Shown: positions 30,761-40,161, counted from the stretch's first letter. The stretch: DNA of 64,000 nucleotides from Alkalispirochaeta sp. (GCA_965242725.1 CBDESZ010000031.1:1-64000), one strand, 5' to 3'. The notes: a model not told the origin generated them from the letters alone. Made by a program: numbers and translations.

Positions 30761-31747
30761 ATGCTGAAACTGTCATTTGCGACGTGGGACCACGATCGGG
30801 CGATGGCGTTGCACACCGGGGAGGTTACCGTTCCCGGTGTCGAGCTGGAGAGTAACATCCTTCCGACGTCGAAACTCTTTCCCATCGCGGTGCAGGAGGC
30901 GAAATTCGATGTCACCGAACTTTCCGTGTCGAGTTACCTGTTACAACTTTCCCGGGGCGAATGCCAATACACGGCGATCCCGGTGTTTCTGAGCCGCGCC
31001 TTTCGCCACAACGGGTTTTTCACACACCGGGACAGCGGTATACGAAGCCCCTCGGATCTTGCCGGTCGGCTGGTGGGCGTTCCGGAGTATCAGATGACCG
31101 CCGCGCTGTGGATGCGGGGAATTCTTTCCGATGAGTACGGGGTCAATCCGGCCCAGATTCGATGGAGGACGGGTGCACTCGATCAGGGGGTGCGGCGCGA
31201 GCGGTTGCCCCTCAACCTCCCTGATGATACGGAGGTCACGCCCATCGGAGAAGGGGAAACGCTCCAGGAGCTCCTGCTGGATGGGAGGATCGACGCGATC
31301 ATGGCACCCAAACCTCCCGCGGCGTTCGACCGGGGAAACTCAGCCATCGTCAGGATCGTCGACGATTTTGAGGCGGCGGAACGGGACTACTTTACCCGGA
31401 CCGGCTTTTTCCCGATCATGCACATTCTCGCCCTGCGGAAGAGTATTGCAGACGACAATCCGTGGCTTCCCCGGGTTCTATACGATGCCGCCCTCGCCGC
31501 ACGGGATATTGCCGTGGCGCGTCTCCGCGACGTCTCCCTCGGTGGGGCAAACCGGCTGACCCTCCCGTGGCTCCGGGCGAGTCTGGAGTCGACGATACGG
31601 ACGATGGGAACCGACTACTGGAGTTACGGATTTTCCGCCAATCGATACGAGCTGGAAACGATCTGCCGTTATTCCCTTGAACAGCATTTGTCGGCCCGTC
31701 GGATAGAGGCGGAAGAACTCTTTCATCCGTCCGTCCTGGAAACGTAG
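30761..31747 (+). CDS. 4,5-dihydroxyphthalate decarboxylase-like protein (PBP2 fold, no signal peptide)
   Basis: FDVTELSVSSY, PVFLSRAFRH, GVPEYQMTAALW, FPIMH. Confidence 0.78.
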   Translation: MLKLSFATWDHDRAMALHTGEVTVPGVELESNILPTSKLFPIAVQEAKFDVTELSVSSYLLQLSRGECQYTAIPVFLSRAFRHNGFFTHRDSGIRSPSDLAGRLVGVPEYQMTAALWMRGILSDEYGVNPAQIRWRTGALDQGVRRERLPLNLPDDTEVTPIGEGETLQELLLDGRIDAIMAPKPPAAFDRGNSAIVRIVDDFEAAERDYFTRTGFFPIMHILALRKSIADDNPWLPRVLYDAALAARDIAVARLRDVSLGGANRLTLPWLRASLESTIRTMGTDYWSYGFSANRYELETICRYSLEQHLSARRIEAEELFHPSVLET

Positions 31748-31771
31748 ACGGTTCCCGGCTGGAATGAGCAC

Positions 31772-31801
31772 AAAAAAAGGCCGGACGGGTGTCCGGCCTT
31801 T
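31772..31801. terminator. Bidirectional intrinsic terminator
   Basis: AAAAAAAGGCCGGAC-GGGT-GTCCGGCCTTT between convergent genes. Confidence 0.88.
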
Positions 31802-31828
31802 ACTGAAAATTCGGTCAGCGTGAAAGCG

Positions 31829-32842
31829 TCACTCCGCCACAGCGATACCGATGGTACCGGTAACGGTGGAATCGTCGCTGATGTTAGCGCTCTCCTGCAG
31901 TTCCTCGGTGGCAAAATAAAGGTTGCCGTCGATGGTGGCGCCGCTGGTGAGCTCAAAGCCCTCTTCCTCAACATAGACATCACCGGCCACGATTCCCGCC
32001 TGGATGCGGGTGTTCAGGTGGTGCACGATAAGACGGGGAACGGTGAGGGTATACCGGGCGGTGACGTTGCGGTCTGAGTCCTGAGCGTAGAGCGCGAGCT
32101 TCCGTCGCGGAGCTTCCGCTCCCTCTTCTTCATAGACCGCACCGAATACGGTGATATCCTCGTCCACGGTTACGTCTCCCTCAAAGATGACGATCCAAGA
32201 GCCGTCGGCGCCGACCGCTTCCTGAAGGGTGGCCGCGTTGGTGGCGGTTGTCTGGGTGGGCCGTGAGACGGCGTCGGTGGCGATTCTGATTTCACCCATG
32301 ACGGTGGAATCATCGCTGATCGATGCGCTGTCGCGGAGCGCCTCACTGGCAAAGTAGAGGTTGCCGTTGATGGTGCCGCCGCTTGTGAGTTCAAAACCTT
32401 CCGCGTTGACAATCACGTCGCCCGCTACCTCTCCTGCCTGAATACGCGTGTTGACGTGGTCAACGACGAGGCGGGGTACGGTGAGGGTGTGCCGGGCGGT
32501 AACGTTGCGATCTGCGTCCTGTTCATAGAGAGCGAGTTTCCGTCGCGGAGCTTCCGCGCCTTCCTCTTCATAAACCTCTCCGGAGACGACCACCTCGGTG
32601 TCGACGGTCAGGTCATCGAGGAAAATAACGATCCACGATCCGTCCGGTCCAAGCGCTTCCTGCACGTTGGATGCCGTCGCGGTCATTTGGGTGGGACCGG
32701 TCATTGCGTCCGCTGATTCGCTTTCAGCCTGCGCACTCGTTGCGCCGCTGTCCTGCTCCTGTGTAGCTTCCTCGCCTCCGCAAGCGACAAGAAACAACGC
32801 AACCAATACAACCATTGATGTCATGGCGATTTTTCGTAACAT
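31829..32842 (-). CDS. Lipoprotein with two tandem ~146-aa beta-rich domains
   Basis: Lipobox FLVAC; duplicated DGSWIVIF..RRKLALY.QD.DRNVTAR.TLTVPRL..NTRIQAG..GNLYF; AGGAG SD. Confidence 0.85.
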   Translation of the reverse strand: MLRKIAMTSMVVLVALFLVACGGEEATQEQDSGATSAQAESESADAMTGPTQMTATASNVQEALGPDGSWIVIFLDDLTVDTEVVVSGEVYEEEGAEAPRRKLALYEQDADRNVTARHTLTVPRLVVDHVNTRIQAGEVAGDVIVNAEGFELTSGGTINGNLYFASEALRDSASISDDSTVMGEIRIATDAVSRPTQTTATNAATLQEAVGADGSWIVIFEGDVTVDEDITVFGAVYEEEGAEAPRRKLALYAQDSDRNVTARYTLTVPRLIVHHLNTRIQAGIVAGDVYVEEEGFELTSGATIDGNLYFATEELQESANISDDSTVTGTIGIAVAE

Positions 32843-32964
32843 AGTGACTCCTTTTTGTGTCAATAAATACGCTGGGTAGTATACCCGTTTTTATTTCTTT
32901 TGTTAATGCGAAATATAATAACAAAAGTGGTATTTAAAACCCAGTAAAATTGACGAAAAGGGTG

Positions 32965-33711
32965 TCATTCGGCATATATCATTTTCCGTGTCATGCCGCC
33001 GTCGATAATGAAGTTGGCACCGGTGATGAATCCATTGCCGGGGTCGGTAAGAAAGAGACAGGTCGACGCGATGTCTTCCGGACGCCCCACGCGGCCCGCC
33101 CAGTGCTGTCCGTGATCCTCGGCACGCAACGCGTCGTAGTCACCGGTCTCTATCCACCCGGGGCTGATGCAGTTTACCCGTATGAGACGGTCCCCGTAGG
33201 ATGCGGCCAGCGCGTGGGTGAGTGCGATGATACCTCCCTTTGAGGCGGCGTACGCTTCCGAGTGTGGCTCCGACATGAGGGCTCTGGTGGAGGCGATATT
33301 CACGATAGCTCCGCGGTTTCCATTGGTACGTCGGGGGTCGTTCATCTTCATGACCGCCGCAGCGGCGCGGGAAAAGAGAAACGTGCCGCGAAGGTTTGTT
33401 TCAAGGACGGCTGTCCATTCATCGATGGTGAGCTCGTCCGGGTCTTTCCAGATGCCGAAACCGGCGTTGTTCACCAGGCTGTCTATACGTCCCCACCGCT
33501 CGACGATTGTCCTGACGGCGTCGTCTATATCGGCGGGACTGCGTACATCGCACGTTATCCGAAGAGTCCGGACGTCTCGTTTATCCTCGTCCGTCCAATC
33601 CCGGTCAACCTCCGCAACGAGGGCGCCTGCTTCACGGTACCCGCCCGCGATCGCCCTGCCGATTCCACTGGCCGCGCCGGTGACAATGACGACACTATCG
33701 GTTTTGTTCAT
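32965..33711 (-). CDS. SDR family oxidoreductase
   Basis: TGAASGIG, NNAG, YAASKGG, SPGWIET. Confidence 0.93.
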   Translation of the reverse strand: MNKTDSVVIVTGAASGIGRAIAGGYREAGALVAEVDRDWTDEDKRDVRTLRITCDVRSPADIDDAVRTIVERWGRIDSLVNNAGFGIWKDPDELTIDEWTAVLETNLRGTFLFSRAAAAVMKMNDPRRTNGNRGAIVNIASTRALMSEPHSEAYAASKGGIIALTHALAASYGDRLIRVNCISPGWIETGDYDALRAEDHGQHWAGRVGRPEDIASTCLFLTDPGNGFITGANFIIDGGMTRKMIYAE

Positions 33712-33733
33712 GCCCGTATGGTACCCTATACCC
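33712..33733. promoter_or_regulatory. Putative bidirectional promoter with overlapping -10 boxes
   Basis: Minus strand TACCAT-N6-ATG(33711); plus strand TG-G-TACCCT-N6-ATG(33734). Confidence 0.55.
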
Positions 33734-34408
33734 ATGATACCTTCCATCTCGGCAGACGCGATCAGGGACTATCGCTTCCTTCTGGACAGAGGATATCCTG
33801 AACGGGGCAGTGTCGCCCTCGTGGGAGACCGATTCCGCCTGTCCCGGGAGGAACGGGCAATGCTTTTCCGCGGGGTATCGCCGACACACAAAGCGTCGGA
33901 ACGGCGAAGGCGACTCATTGAGATTGAAATGGTCGGAGAGGCGGATGTGCTCTGCGTGGACGGTCACAACGTGCTCCTCACGGTGGCTAACTACATCCGG
34001 GGGACGGCGGTCTTTGAGACCGACGACGGCGTCCTGCGGGATATCGGCGGAGTACACGGACGCCTTCACGATGAGGCGCTCATGGACAGGTCAATCGATC
34101 TGCTTGCGCACACCCTTGCGGCGCTGGAAACACGCCGGATCGTGGTCTGCTTTGACGAACCCCTTTCCCACAGTCGGCGCCACATGTCCCGTCTCTCCGA
34201 GGAGGTGGAACAGCGCGGACCGTCGGGACGGAACGTTGCCTTTCGCATCGGCCCTTCCGCGGACGAGCTCGTCATCGCCGCGGAGCCGTCGGTTGTGGCG
34301 ACCTCCGACTCGGCACTCATGGACAGGACCTCCGCGGCGGTGTGTGATATTGCGCGGCGGATCATTGAAGAGAACTTTTCTCCCCGATTTGGCCCCTTGC
34401 CGGGGTGA
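33734..34408 (+). CDS. DUF434-domain protein (PIN-like fold)
   Basis: DYRFLLDRGYP..VGDRFRL..R; VDGHNVL; DGVLRD; ATSDS. Confidence 0.75.
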   Translation: MIPSISADAIRDYRFLLDRGYPERGSVALVGDRFRLSREERAMLFRGVSPTHKASERRRRLIEIEMVGEADVLCVDGHNVLLTVANYIRGTAVFETDDGVLRDIGGVHGRLHDEALMDRSIDLLAHTLAALETRRIVVCFDEPLSHSRRHMSRLSEEVEQRGPSGRNVAFRIGPSADELVIAAEPSVVATSDSALMDRTSAAVCDIARRIIEENFSPRFGPLPG

Positions 34409-34532
34409 CCCGCTGCGCGGTTGTGCCGCCCACTGTGACGCCGGCGTTCGATTAAAAAGAAAAAGAATGAACAGCCCCTGTATCCACAGGCCTGTTGCGT
34501 TAGGTGTCCGAAGAGCGTAGGCTGAGGGTGAT

Positions 34533-36110
34533 ATGGCGTTGTTTGGAAAGCGTAAGCTCACCGGCGGACCGCCTGCCGGTGATTATGAGGAATACCGGCA
34601 GACCGTCATGAAACTTACCGCCCCGGTCATCGGGCTGTGTGAGTTTGCCCTGCGGTCACAGAAAAACGCGGCTTTTCCCTGTCGTGATTTTCTCAGTATG
34701 TTGCATCGCGAGTCGTCACGATTGCAGGAGCTCATTGACGGACATGGGGCGCAAACCAATGAGCAGTGGTTCCCTTTTCGGGAGTCCATTGCGGCGGCGA
34801 AGAACTTTTCACTTGTCACCTACGATATTCTGCACATTCGAAACTCCATCGAGCGGTACCGCCTCCTTGATCTTCAGGATGAATTTCGCCGGCGGACCGA
34901 CGACGTGATTGCGGCGATGAAGGATGGGCTCATTACGGTTGCCGGGGGGATTATCAGTCAGAGCAGGGAGTGCGGTGTTTATCCCGAGGAGGTTCCCGAC
35001 GATTTTAAGCCGTGTGAGACGGAACCCTTTCTTTTCCGGTTGCCCGTCGACCGGGCGGTACGGCACGTTGATAGAATCGGTGATCAGGTCGTCTATCTGG
35101 CGACGCAGTTTCTGAATCTGTCTGAAGACACCGATGTGAAGGACGTTCTCACGGAACGGTCGGTTGAGTCCTACGATGAGTGCATTCCCCATCCCATCAG
35201 TGAGGAACGGATGCGACTGGTGAAAGCACGTTTTCACAATCTTCAGTCTCTCTACGACACATATATTTTTGAGTCCGATCTGGAACAACAGAACGAGAAG
35301 CTCCGGTATCTACGCGGCCATATAAGCATCATTTACCATTTGCTCGCGGTAGGTACCGATCTGGTTCACTATTTTATCCGGCATATGAGCGCTCTCCGGC
35401 GAGACACCTATCAGGAGACGCGTTTTCCCATACAGCCCGGTCGTCTGCGGGACCTCGTCTTTGAGTATCCCCTGCAGTACGCCCGGGAATTCATGGAGTC
35501 CGCGGTTCATCTCTGCCAGGGGATGATCCAGATGTACACGGAGTCCGCAACCATCGAGGTGTCGATACCCAATTACCGCGGATTTCACGTGCGTCCGTCG
35601 ACGCTGGTTGCCCGCATTGTTCTGCATTACGGGAGCGCCGTCACGATGCATATGGGCGACGAAAGCTACGACGCATCCTCTCCGCTGGAGCTTTTCCGGG
35701 CGAACGAGGCGATAAATGCGACCAAGCGGCGTCACATCGGCGAGATGCTGAGTAAGCGCCCGGAGTTGCAGGTCCCTCTTCCGGATTCACAGGAGGAGAT
35801 GGTGCGGGAACTGCAGCTGTTGTTTGTGCAGCTGATGAACGAGGGGAAGATCGTTCTCTACGATACCAACCTCGCCTTTGACGACCTCAAGCGGGAAAAC
35901 GATTCTACAATCGCCGACATCGCCGCCCGCTACGTCCGCCATTTCATGTCGCTGGCCAAGATGGATATTCAGAGCAATATTACCGTCCGGTTTGAGGGCG
36001 ACAGCAGGGCGCTGAAGGACCTGGAGCTCCTGGCAAATAACGGATACGGCGAGGACCGTATGGGCAACAACACGGTTCTTCCCGACGAGCTGTCCTATTT
36101 GTCGCGGTGA
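34533..36110 (+). CDS. Large protein with C-terminal HPr-like phosphocarrier domain
   Basis: GFHVRPS (HPr His15 motif), DASSPLEL (Ser46 region); about 335-aa helical N-terminus. Confidence 0.75.
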   Translation: MALFGKRKLTGGPPAGDYEEYRQTVMKLTAPVIGLCEFALRSQKNAAFPCRDFLSMLHRESSRLQELIDGHGAQTNEQWFPFRESIAAAKNFSLVTYDILHIRNSIERYRLLDLQDEFRRRTDDVIAAMKDGLITVAGGIISQSRECGVYPEEVPDDFKPCETEPFLFRLPVDRAVRHVDRIGDQVVYLATQFLNLSEDTDVKDVLTERSVESYDECIPHPISEERMRLVKARFHNLQSLYDTYIFESDLEQQNEKLRYLRGHISIIYHLLAVGTDLVHYFIRHMSALRRDTYQETRFPIQPGRLRDLVFEYPLQYAREFMESAVHLCQGMIQMYTESATIEVSIPNYRGFHVRPSTLVARIVLHYGSAVTMHMGDESYDASSPLELFRANEAINATKRRHIGEMLSKRPELQVPLPDSQEEMVRELQLLFVQLMNEGKIVLYDTNLAFDDLKRENDSTIADIAARYVRHFMSLAKMDIQSNITVRFEGDSRALKDLELLANNGYGEDRMGNNTVLPDELSYLSR

Positions 36111-36144
36111 CCGAAGCGCGGGCCGTAGCGGCTGCGGCGCGGCC

Positions 36145-36264
36145 TGCGAGGATGGGGCCCGACGAAAATGAAACGCCGGCGAGGACGGGGCCCGGCGAGG
36201 ATAGAAGGTCGGCGAGGTCGGGGCCGGCGAGGATGGGGCTCGGCGAGAACGAATGGCCGGCGAT
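36145..36264 (+). repeat. Degenerate 15-17-bp tandem repeat (core GGCGAG), ~8 units, intergenic
   Basis: Units start at 36145, 36161, 36178, 36194, 36211, 36226, 36242, 36259. Confidence 0.75.
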
Positions 36265-36282
36265 CCCGTCAGGGCATTTCCG

Positions 36283-37155
36283 TCAGGGCACCGAAAAAAC
36301 GGTCCCCGTGACGTTTGCAAAATAGCGATCCGTCCGTGCCGACAGCGCCTTCATTGCCGCATCGCCGGTGCAGTGAGACAGTCCGACCCGCTGCAACCTC
36401 TCATCTGAGAGGTACTCTATCGCCTCTTCAAGGCGCGCACCCTGTGCTTCAATCAGATGAGTTCCCCCCAGTACCGCATGGATCGGCTCGTCAAAACGCG
36501 TTCGAATTGTATCGAGAATGTTCATGATACCCGGATGGGAACATCCGACGAGGACGACGAGGCCCGGGTCCGTTTCCAGGACGATACATTGCTCGTCCCG
36601 GAAGTCGTCGACGGTCGGCGGGGAATTGGAGGAATCGGTGTGGCGATCCCCTTCACCGGCCGTGCCGCCTCGCTCCACGACGAAGCGTGGATTCGCGACT
36701 TCAAGGGGATGGGTCGCCGCAAACCCCGTGACGATGTGGACCCCCGGCGCGAGGGTGGAGCCCGTCCCGGTTGTGAAGGCGAGGGTGCACGGCGCCCGGC
36801 GAGCCCATGCACGGTCCCAGGAAGGGCCGATGTACCGCAGTGTATCGCCGTCGGCCGCGTACTTTCGGTCAAAAAACGCCTCATGTACGTGAAGCGTGAA
36901 TCGATCATGCCGGGGAAGGAGAAAGGGAAGCCCGTTTGTGTGATCGTAGTGGCTATGGCTGAGAACGACGTGGTCTATGGCGGTCAGATCAACGTCGAGG
37001 GCATCGGCGTTGTGCAAAAACCGGTCACTCTGCCCCGTGTCAAAAAGGATGGTGGTGCTGTTGTGCTGAATGTAGAATGATATCCCGTGTTCAGCTTCCA
37101 GCGTCCGCCGGTTGTCCTGATGGTTTTCCACCAGGGTTGTTATGTGGGTTGCCAT
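36283..37155 (-). CDS. MBL-fold metallo-hydrolase
   Basis: EHGISF, FDTG, SHSHYDH, GCSHPG, GGTH, HCTG. Confidence 0.9.
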   Translation of the reverse strand: MATHITTLVENHQDNRRTLEAEHGISFYIQHNSTTILFDTGQSDRFLHNADALDVDLTAIDHVVLSHSHYDHTNGLPFLLPRHDRFTLHVHEAFFDRKYAADGDTLRYIGPSWDRAWARRAPCTLAFTTGTGSTLAPGVHIVTGFAATHPLEVANPRFVVERGGTAGEGDRHTDSSNSPPTVDDFRDEQCIVLETDPGLVVLVGCSHPGIMNILDTIRTRFDEPIHAVLGGTHLIEAQGARLEEAIEYLSDERLQRVGLSHCTGDAAMKALSARTDRYFANVTGTVFSVP

Positions 37156-37161
37156 GCCACT

Positions 37162-37167
37162 ATTATA
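37162..37167 (-). promoter_or_regulatory. Consensus -10 box 6 nt before the start codon (leaderless)
   Basis: TATAAT-AGTGGC-ATG(37155). Confidence 0.6.
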
Positions 37168-37175
37168 GTCCGCAG

Positions 37176-38573
37176 TTACGCCTCTTTGTACGCTCCCACC
37201 AGATCTTCCATCACTTTCTTTCCGTCTCCAAAGAGCATGAGCGTGTTATCCGCCGCAAAGAGCGGGTTTGGGATGCCCGCAAATCCGGGGCTGAGACTCC
37301 GCTTGATGACGACCACCGTGCGAGCCTTGTCGACGTTCAGGATCGGCATGCCGCTGATTGGTGAACCCGATGATTCCCTGGCAAGCGGATTGACGACATC
37401 GTTTGCGCCGAGCACGATTACCACATCGGTGTTGGGGAAATCGGGGTTGATCTGATCCATTTCCCGCAGTTTGTCGTAGGATATGTTCTCCTCCGCCAAG
37501 AGGACGTTCATATGCCCCGGCATGCGCCCTGCCACGGGATGAATTCCGAAATCGACGGAAATGCCGTCCGCCTCAAGTTGTTCAGTCAGAGTGCGCACCG
37601 GCGTCTGGGCACGGGCGACTGCCATGCCGTAACCGGGGACAAAACTCACCTTCTGCGCCGTTTTAAGGATCATTGCGACCTCTTCGGGAGAGGTGCTTTT
37701 GACCTTTCCCGCATACATGTCGTCGCCGTCGACCGCCGACTTCTGGACAGCCCCCACGCCGCCGAAGAGCACGTTGGCGAGGGAACGGTTCATGGCCTTG
37801 CACATGATGTTGGTGAGTATTATTCCGCTGGCACCCACCAGGGAGCCGGCTATGATCAGGACCGTATTGTTCAGGACGAAGCCCGTTGCCGCAGCAGCGA
37901 GCCCCGAGTAGGAGTTGAGGAGGGCGATGACGATGGGCATGTCGGCGCCGCCGATGGGCACGACCAGGAGCACTCCCAGGAGCGACGCGATTCCCGCGAG
38001 GATCCAATAGTACTCAGTCATCGCCGGCTGGCGGACGACAAGTACCGCCGCCGCGATGGATGCCGCTGCTACGACGATTTTTACGATCTGTTCACCGGGA
38101 TAACGTACGGGCTTTTCCGTCACGATTCCCTGCAATTTCCCGAAGGCGATGAGGGAGCCAAAAAAGGTCACCCCGCCGATAAGGCCGCTGGCGGCGGTGG
38201 CGACGAGAAATCGAATCGATGCGTCGACGGAGTCGGCGGAGGCGAGGGTCTGATAAAGGACCGCCCCGGCGACGAGGACGCTGGCGACCCCGCCGAAACC
38301 GTTGTAGAGCCCGACAAGCTGCGGCATGGCGGTCATTTTTATGGTGACTGCCAGGACGGCGCCAATGGCGGAGCCCGCGGCGATTCCGACGATGATCATG
38401 ACGGGGTTGAGTATTTCCTGGGCAAGGAGGGTCGCTACGATGGCGACAAGCATGCCCAACGCACCGATGAAATTGCCCCTTACCGCCGATCGCGGATGGG
38501 TGAGACCCTTCAGCCCCGTAATGAAAAGGACTGCGGCGATGAGATAGAGGATGTTAATTGCCGCCTCGTTCAT
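37176..38573 (-). CDS. pntB: NAD(P) transhydrogenase beta subunit
   Basis: IGGADMP, LNSYSG, VPGYGMA, HPVAGRMPGHMNVLLAE. Confidence 0.97.
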   Translation of the reverse strand: MNEAAINILYLIAAVLFITGLKGLTHPRSAVRGNFIGALGMLVAIVATLLAQEILNPVMIIVGIAAGSAIGAVLAVTIKMTAMPQLVGLYNGFGGVASVLVAGAVLYQTLASADSVDASIRFLVATAASGLIGGVTFFGSLIAFGKLQGIVTEKPVRYPGEQIVKIVVAAASIAAAVLVVRQPAMTEYYWILAGIASLLGVLLVVPIGGADMPIVIALLNSYSGLAAAATGFVLNNTVLIIAGSLVGASGIILTNIMCKAMNRSLANVLFGGVGAVQKSAVDGDDMYAGKVKSTSPEEVAMILKTAQKVSFVPGYGMAVARAQTPVRTLTEQLEADGISVDFGIHPVAGRMPGHMNVLLAEENISYDKLREMDQINPDFPNTDVVIVLGANDVVNPLARESSGSPISGMPILNVDKARTVVVIKRSLSPGFAGIPNPLFAADNTLMLFGDGKKVMEDLVGAYKEA

Positions 38574-38854
38574 GATTCACCTCGCTTCCTGAACTTGCTC
38601 AACATGCGGTGCGTGACGAGAAATCCGCCGACTACATTGATTGTGGCAAAGATAAGTGCCGCCAATCCGAGCCAAACGGTCATACTCTGATGCCCCGTGC
38701 CCGCCGCGACGAGCGCTCCGATGATTGTGATTCCGGATATCGCGTTTGATCCGGACATGAGGGGGGTGTGCAATATGGGAGGCACCTTGGTTATGACTTC
38801 AAAACCGACAAAGATCGCCAACACAAAGATGGTAATGATCGTGACGAAATCCAT
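38570..38854 (-). CDS. pntAB: NAD(P) transhydrogenase alpha subunit part 2
   Basis: LHTPLMSGSNAISG, NVVGGFLVTHRML. Confidence 0.96.
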   Translation of the reverse strand: MDFVTIITIFVLAIFVGFEVITKVPPILHTPLMSGSNAISGITIIGALVAAGTGHQSMTVWLGLAALIFATINVVGGFLVTHRMLSKFRKRGES

Positions 38855-39990
38855 TAACTCTCCTCCTTTGTCGTCGCCGTGGAGACGAGCGTCGCTGCGA
38901 CAATTTCATCCTCTTCATTGATAGCAATTGAACCGTCCTGGACGATGGATTCAAGAAAAGAGGTTATATTCCTGCTGTACAACTGGCTTGCGTGGTGGGC
39001 TACGCCGGCAGGAACGTTGACCGGTCCGAGAATGGTGACGTCTCCCTCGGATACGCGTTCGTCCGGCCTGGTAAGCGCGCAGTTGCCGCCGCGTTCCGCG
39101 GCGAGGTCTACAACGACGGACCCGGGGTGCATGGCGTGTACCATCTCCTCGGTGATGAGAATCGGCGCCTTTTTTCCCGGAATGGCGGCGGTGGTGATGA
39201 CGACGTCGCTTTCCGCCACAACCTCAAGCATCTTTTCCCGCTGTTTTCGGTAGAACTCCTCGTCCATTTCCTTTGCGTAGCCGCCTGACGATTCCGTCTG
39301 TGACGTGGAGAGGTCCAGTTCTATGAATCGCGCACCGAGGCTCTGAACCTGTTCCTTGACGGCGGGCCTGATATCATAGGCACTGACGACGGCACCAAGT
39401 CGTCTGGCCGTGGCGATCGCCTGAAGACCTGCAACACCGACGCCGACGACGAAGACACGTGCCGGTACGATCGTTCCCGCCGCGGTCATCATCATGGGAA
39501 ATATCTTGGGCAGTTCCAGGGCGCCCAGAAGAACGGCGCGATACCCCGCAAGGTTTGCCTGGGAAGAGAGAACATCCATACTCTGGGCCCGGGTGATTCG
39601 CGGAAGTTTTTCCAGGGCAAAAGCGCGATAGCCGCCGGACGCAACGGCGTCAAAAGCCGGGTGGTTCTCATATGGATTGAGCTGACCGATGATCGTTGCT
39701 CCGGCGGGGAGGGGTGATAGATCACCGTCGCCGCCGAACCCTCCGGCAGCGCACGCGCGGACGGTGAGCAGAACGTCCGCCTTTGACAGCGCCTCCTCGC
39801 GGTCGACGATATGCCCCCCTTTTTCGGAATACTCATCGTCGGGATACCCCGCCGTTTTTCCCGCTCCCCGTTCAATATACACGGCGACGGAGGGTGAAAT
39901 CTTTTTCAACGTCTGAATGTGAGCGGGAACGAGGGCAACTCGCGTCTCTCCGGGGGCTTGTTCCCGTACAACTGCGATATTCATGTCCAC
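38854..39990 (-). CDS. pntAA: NAD(P) transhydrogenase alpha subunit part 1
   Basis: ETRVAL, RITRAQSMDVLSSQ, GVGVAGLQA, DLAAERGGNC. Confidence 0.96.
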   Translation of the reverse strand: MDMNIAVVREQAPGETRVALVPAHIQTLKKISPSVAVYIERGAGKTAGYPDDEYSEKGGHIVDREEALSKADVLLTVRACAAGGFGGDGDLSPLPAGATIIGQLNPYENHPAFDAVASGGYRAFALEKLPRITRAQSMDVLSSQANLAGYRAVLLGALELPKIFPMMMTAAGTIVPARVFVVGVGVAGLQAIATARRLGAVVSAYDIRPAVKEQVQSLGARFIELDLSTSQTESSGGYAKEMDEEFYRKQREKMLEVVAESDVVITTAAIPGKKAPILITEEMVHAMHPGSVVVDLAAERGGNCALTRPDERVSEGDVTILGPVNVPAGVAHHASQLYSRNITSFLESIVQDGSIAINEEDEIVAATLVSTATTKEES

Positions 39991-40161
39991 CTCCTTGAGA
40001 GTCGTCCTATTACGAACCTAAAAAGTATGCAATTCCCGATACCAATTCAAGTTTCGTCACATAGGCGGGGCGCGGGAGGCGGTTATTCCTTGCTTTCCGG
40101 ACTATTCACGATTATCATCTATTTATCGGTCATGGACCGACAAACAGATGATGGAGAGAGT

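Noticed and set aside
26982..31801. tRNA-anchored integrative element
   Set aside because: No integrase and no duplicated tRNA 3' end seen; the native terminator follows tRNA-Glu directly
32897..32927. Rex operator
   Set aside because: Half-site spacing exceeds the 18-bp Rex box
36145..36264. Possible CRISPR array or G-quadruplex
   Set aside because: Units are short and degenerate with no unique spacers and no cas genes; the G4 runs are separated by loops up to 29 nt
36107..36325. 72-aa ORF with ARxGP repeats
   Set aside because: It merely translates the minisatellite and overlaps the convergent MBL gene
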